A stretch of 64,000 nt of DNA. It comes from Somniosus microcephalus (lineage: Eukaryota). The number at the start of each line of letters is the position of its first letter. The first letter of the stretch is position 1. Below are positions 62,101 through 64,000 of this stretch, piece after piece. The notes beneath the pieces were generated by a model that did no database searches, was not told the DNA's origin, and saw only the letters and a list, made by a program, of their open reading frames with translations. The position numbers and the translations under genes were made by a program. The stretch spans positions 141,422,001 through 141,486,000 of the forward strand of contig JBMRGM010000035.1 of assembly GCA_052327205.1 (NCBI GenBank). The letters run 5' to 3'.

Positions 62101-64000
62101 CCTGCCCGCCCTAGTCCATGGACCCTGCCCGCACTAGTCCATGGACCCTGCCCGCACTAATCCATGGACCCTGCCCGCACTAGTCCATGGATCCTCCCCA
62201 CAATATTCCATGGATCCTCCCCACACTAGTCCATGGGCCCTGCCCTCTAGTCCATGGACCCTCCCCCCCCTAGTCCATGGACCCTGCCCGCACTCGTCCA
62301 TGGACACTCCCCACACCAGTGCCTGGACCCCTGCCCACGCTAGTCCATGGGCCCTGCCCACACTCGTCCATGTACCCTCCCCACAGTAGTCCGTGGACCC
62401 TGCCCACACTAGTCCGTGGACCCTGCCCACACTCGTCCGTGGACCCTGCCCACACTCGTCCATGGACCCTGCTTGCACTAGTTCATGGACTCTCCGCATA
62501 CTAGTCCATGGACACTGCCCGCACTAGTCCATGGACACTGCCTGCACACGTCCATGGACCCTGCCCACACTAGTTCATGGACCCTGCCTGCACTAGTCCA
62601 TGGACCCTGCCCGCACTAGTCCATGGACCCTGCCCGCACCAGTTCATGGACCCTGCCCGCACTAGTCCATGGACACTGCCCGCACTCGTCCATGGACCCT
62701 GCCCGCACTAGTCCATGGACCCTGCCCGCACTCGTCCATGAACCCTGCCCACACTAATCAATGGACCCTCCCCACACTAGTCCATGGACCCTGCCCACAT
62801 TAATCAATGGACCCTCCCCACACTAGTCCATGGACACTGCCGGCACTCGTCCATGGACCCTGCCTGCACTAGTCCATTGACCCTGCCCACTCTCGTCCAT
62901 GGACCCTGCCTGCATTAGTCCATGGACCCTGCCCGCACTAGTCCATTGGCACTCCCCATACTAGTCCATGGATCCTGCCCGCTCTAGTCCATGAACCCTC
63001 CCCATACTAGTCCATGGACCGTGCCCGCACTAGTCCATGGACGCTGCCCGCACTAGTCCATGGACCCCTGCCCGCAGTCGTCCATGGACCCTGCCCGCAC
63101 TAGTCCATGGACCCCTGCCCGGTCTAGTCCATGGACCCTGCCCATACTCTTCCATGGGCCCCTGCCCGCTCTATTCCATGTATCCTGCCCGCGCTAGTCC
63201 ATGGACCCTGCCCGCACCAGTCCATGGACCCTGCCCGCACTACTCCATGGACCCTGCCCGCACTAGCCCATGGATCCTTCCCACACGAGTCCATGGACAC
63301 TGCCCGCACACCTCCATGGACCCTGCCCACACTAATCCATGGACCCTGCCCATACTCGTCCATGGACCCCTGCCCGCTCTAGTCCATGGACCCTACCTGC
63401 ACTAATCCATGAACCCTCCCCACACTTGTCCATGGACACTCCCCACACTAGTCCATGGACCCTGCCCGCACTAGTGCATGGACCCTGCCCCCACTATTCC
63501 ATGGACCCTCCCCACACTAGTGCATGGACCCTGCCCGCACTCATCCATGGACCCTGCCTGCACCAGTCCATGATCCCACCCCACACTAGCCCATGGACCC
63601 TCCCCACCCTAGTGCATGGACCCTGCCCGCACTCGTCCATGGACCCTGCCCGCACTTGTCCATGGACCCTGCCCGCACTCGTCCATGATCCCTCCCCACA
63701 CTAGTCCATGGACCCTGCCCGCAATCGTCCATGGACCCTGCCTGCACCAGTCCATGATCCCTCCCCACACTAGCCCATGGACCCTCCCCACATTAGTGCA
63801 TGGACCCTGCCGGCACTTGTCCATGGACCCTGCCCGCACCCGTCCATGGACACTGCCCACACTCATCCATGATCCCTCCCCACACTAGTCCATGGACACT
63901 GCCCATACTAGTCTATGGACCATGCCCGCACTTGTCCATGGACCCTGCCCGCACTCGTCCATGATCCCTCCCAACACTAGTCCACCGACCCTGCCCGCAC
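53136..64000. repeat. 23-bp satellite (gtccatggaccctgcccgcacyv), about 470 units, running past the window end
   Basis: Tandem units with the palindromic core GTCCATGGAC. Confidence 0.98.

Noticed and set aside
52721-63888. Dozens of GRVHGRVRAGSMD / MDPARTRPWTLP ORFs
   Set aside because: They are translations of the 23-bp satellite.
53136-64000. CRISPR-like appearance (short palindromic repeats)
   Set aside because: There are no unique spacers or cas genes, and the context is vertebrate.

Overview
Vertebrate nuclear DNA that is mostly repeats, most likely from a cartilaginous fish (shark). This is inferred from the repeat complement: CR1 LINEs, Deu-domain SacSINE1-like SINEs, Penelope elements, Harbinger transposons and a V-SINE. 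Host genes recognised from translation are the terminal coding exon of a valyl-tRNA synthetase (VARS1, 2023-2091), an intact but divergent intronless linker-histone H1 gene with a histone stem-loop (8241-8810), a second VARS1-like exon lying out of order and carrying a coding 21-bp minisatellite (14573-14910), and the first coding exon of a SAPCD-family gene (40994-41402). VARS1 next to SAPCD suggests the MHC class III region. Mobile elements include a decayed endogenous retrovirus-like remnant whose env has F-protein-like (lokiretrovirus-type) architecture (9926-13030) and a complete Mag-type Gypsy element with apparently identical LTRs and a TSD (14961-20372). There is also a Harbinger/LINE/Harbinger nest (about 24-36 kb), Penelope copies with hammerhead-ribozyme motifs, and four tandem arrays with units of 297, about 46, 45 and 23 bp; the 23-bp array fills the last 10.9 kb. 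All homology calls come from recalled motifs; no database searches were run.
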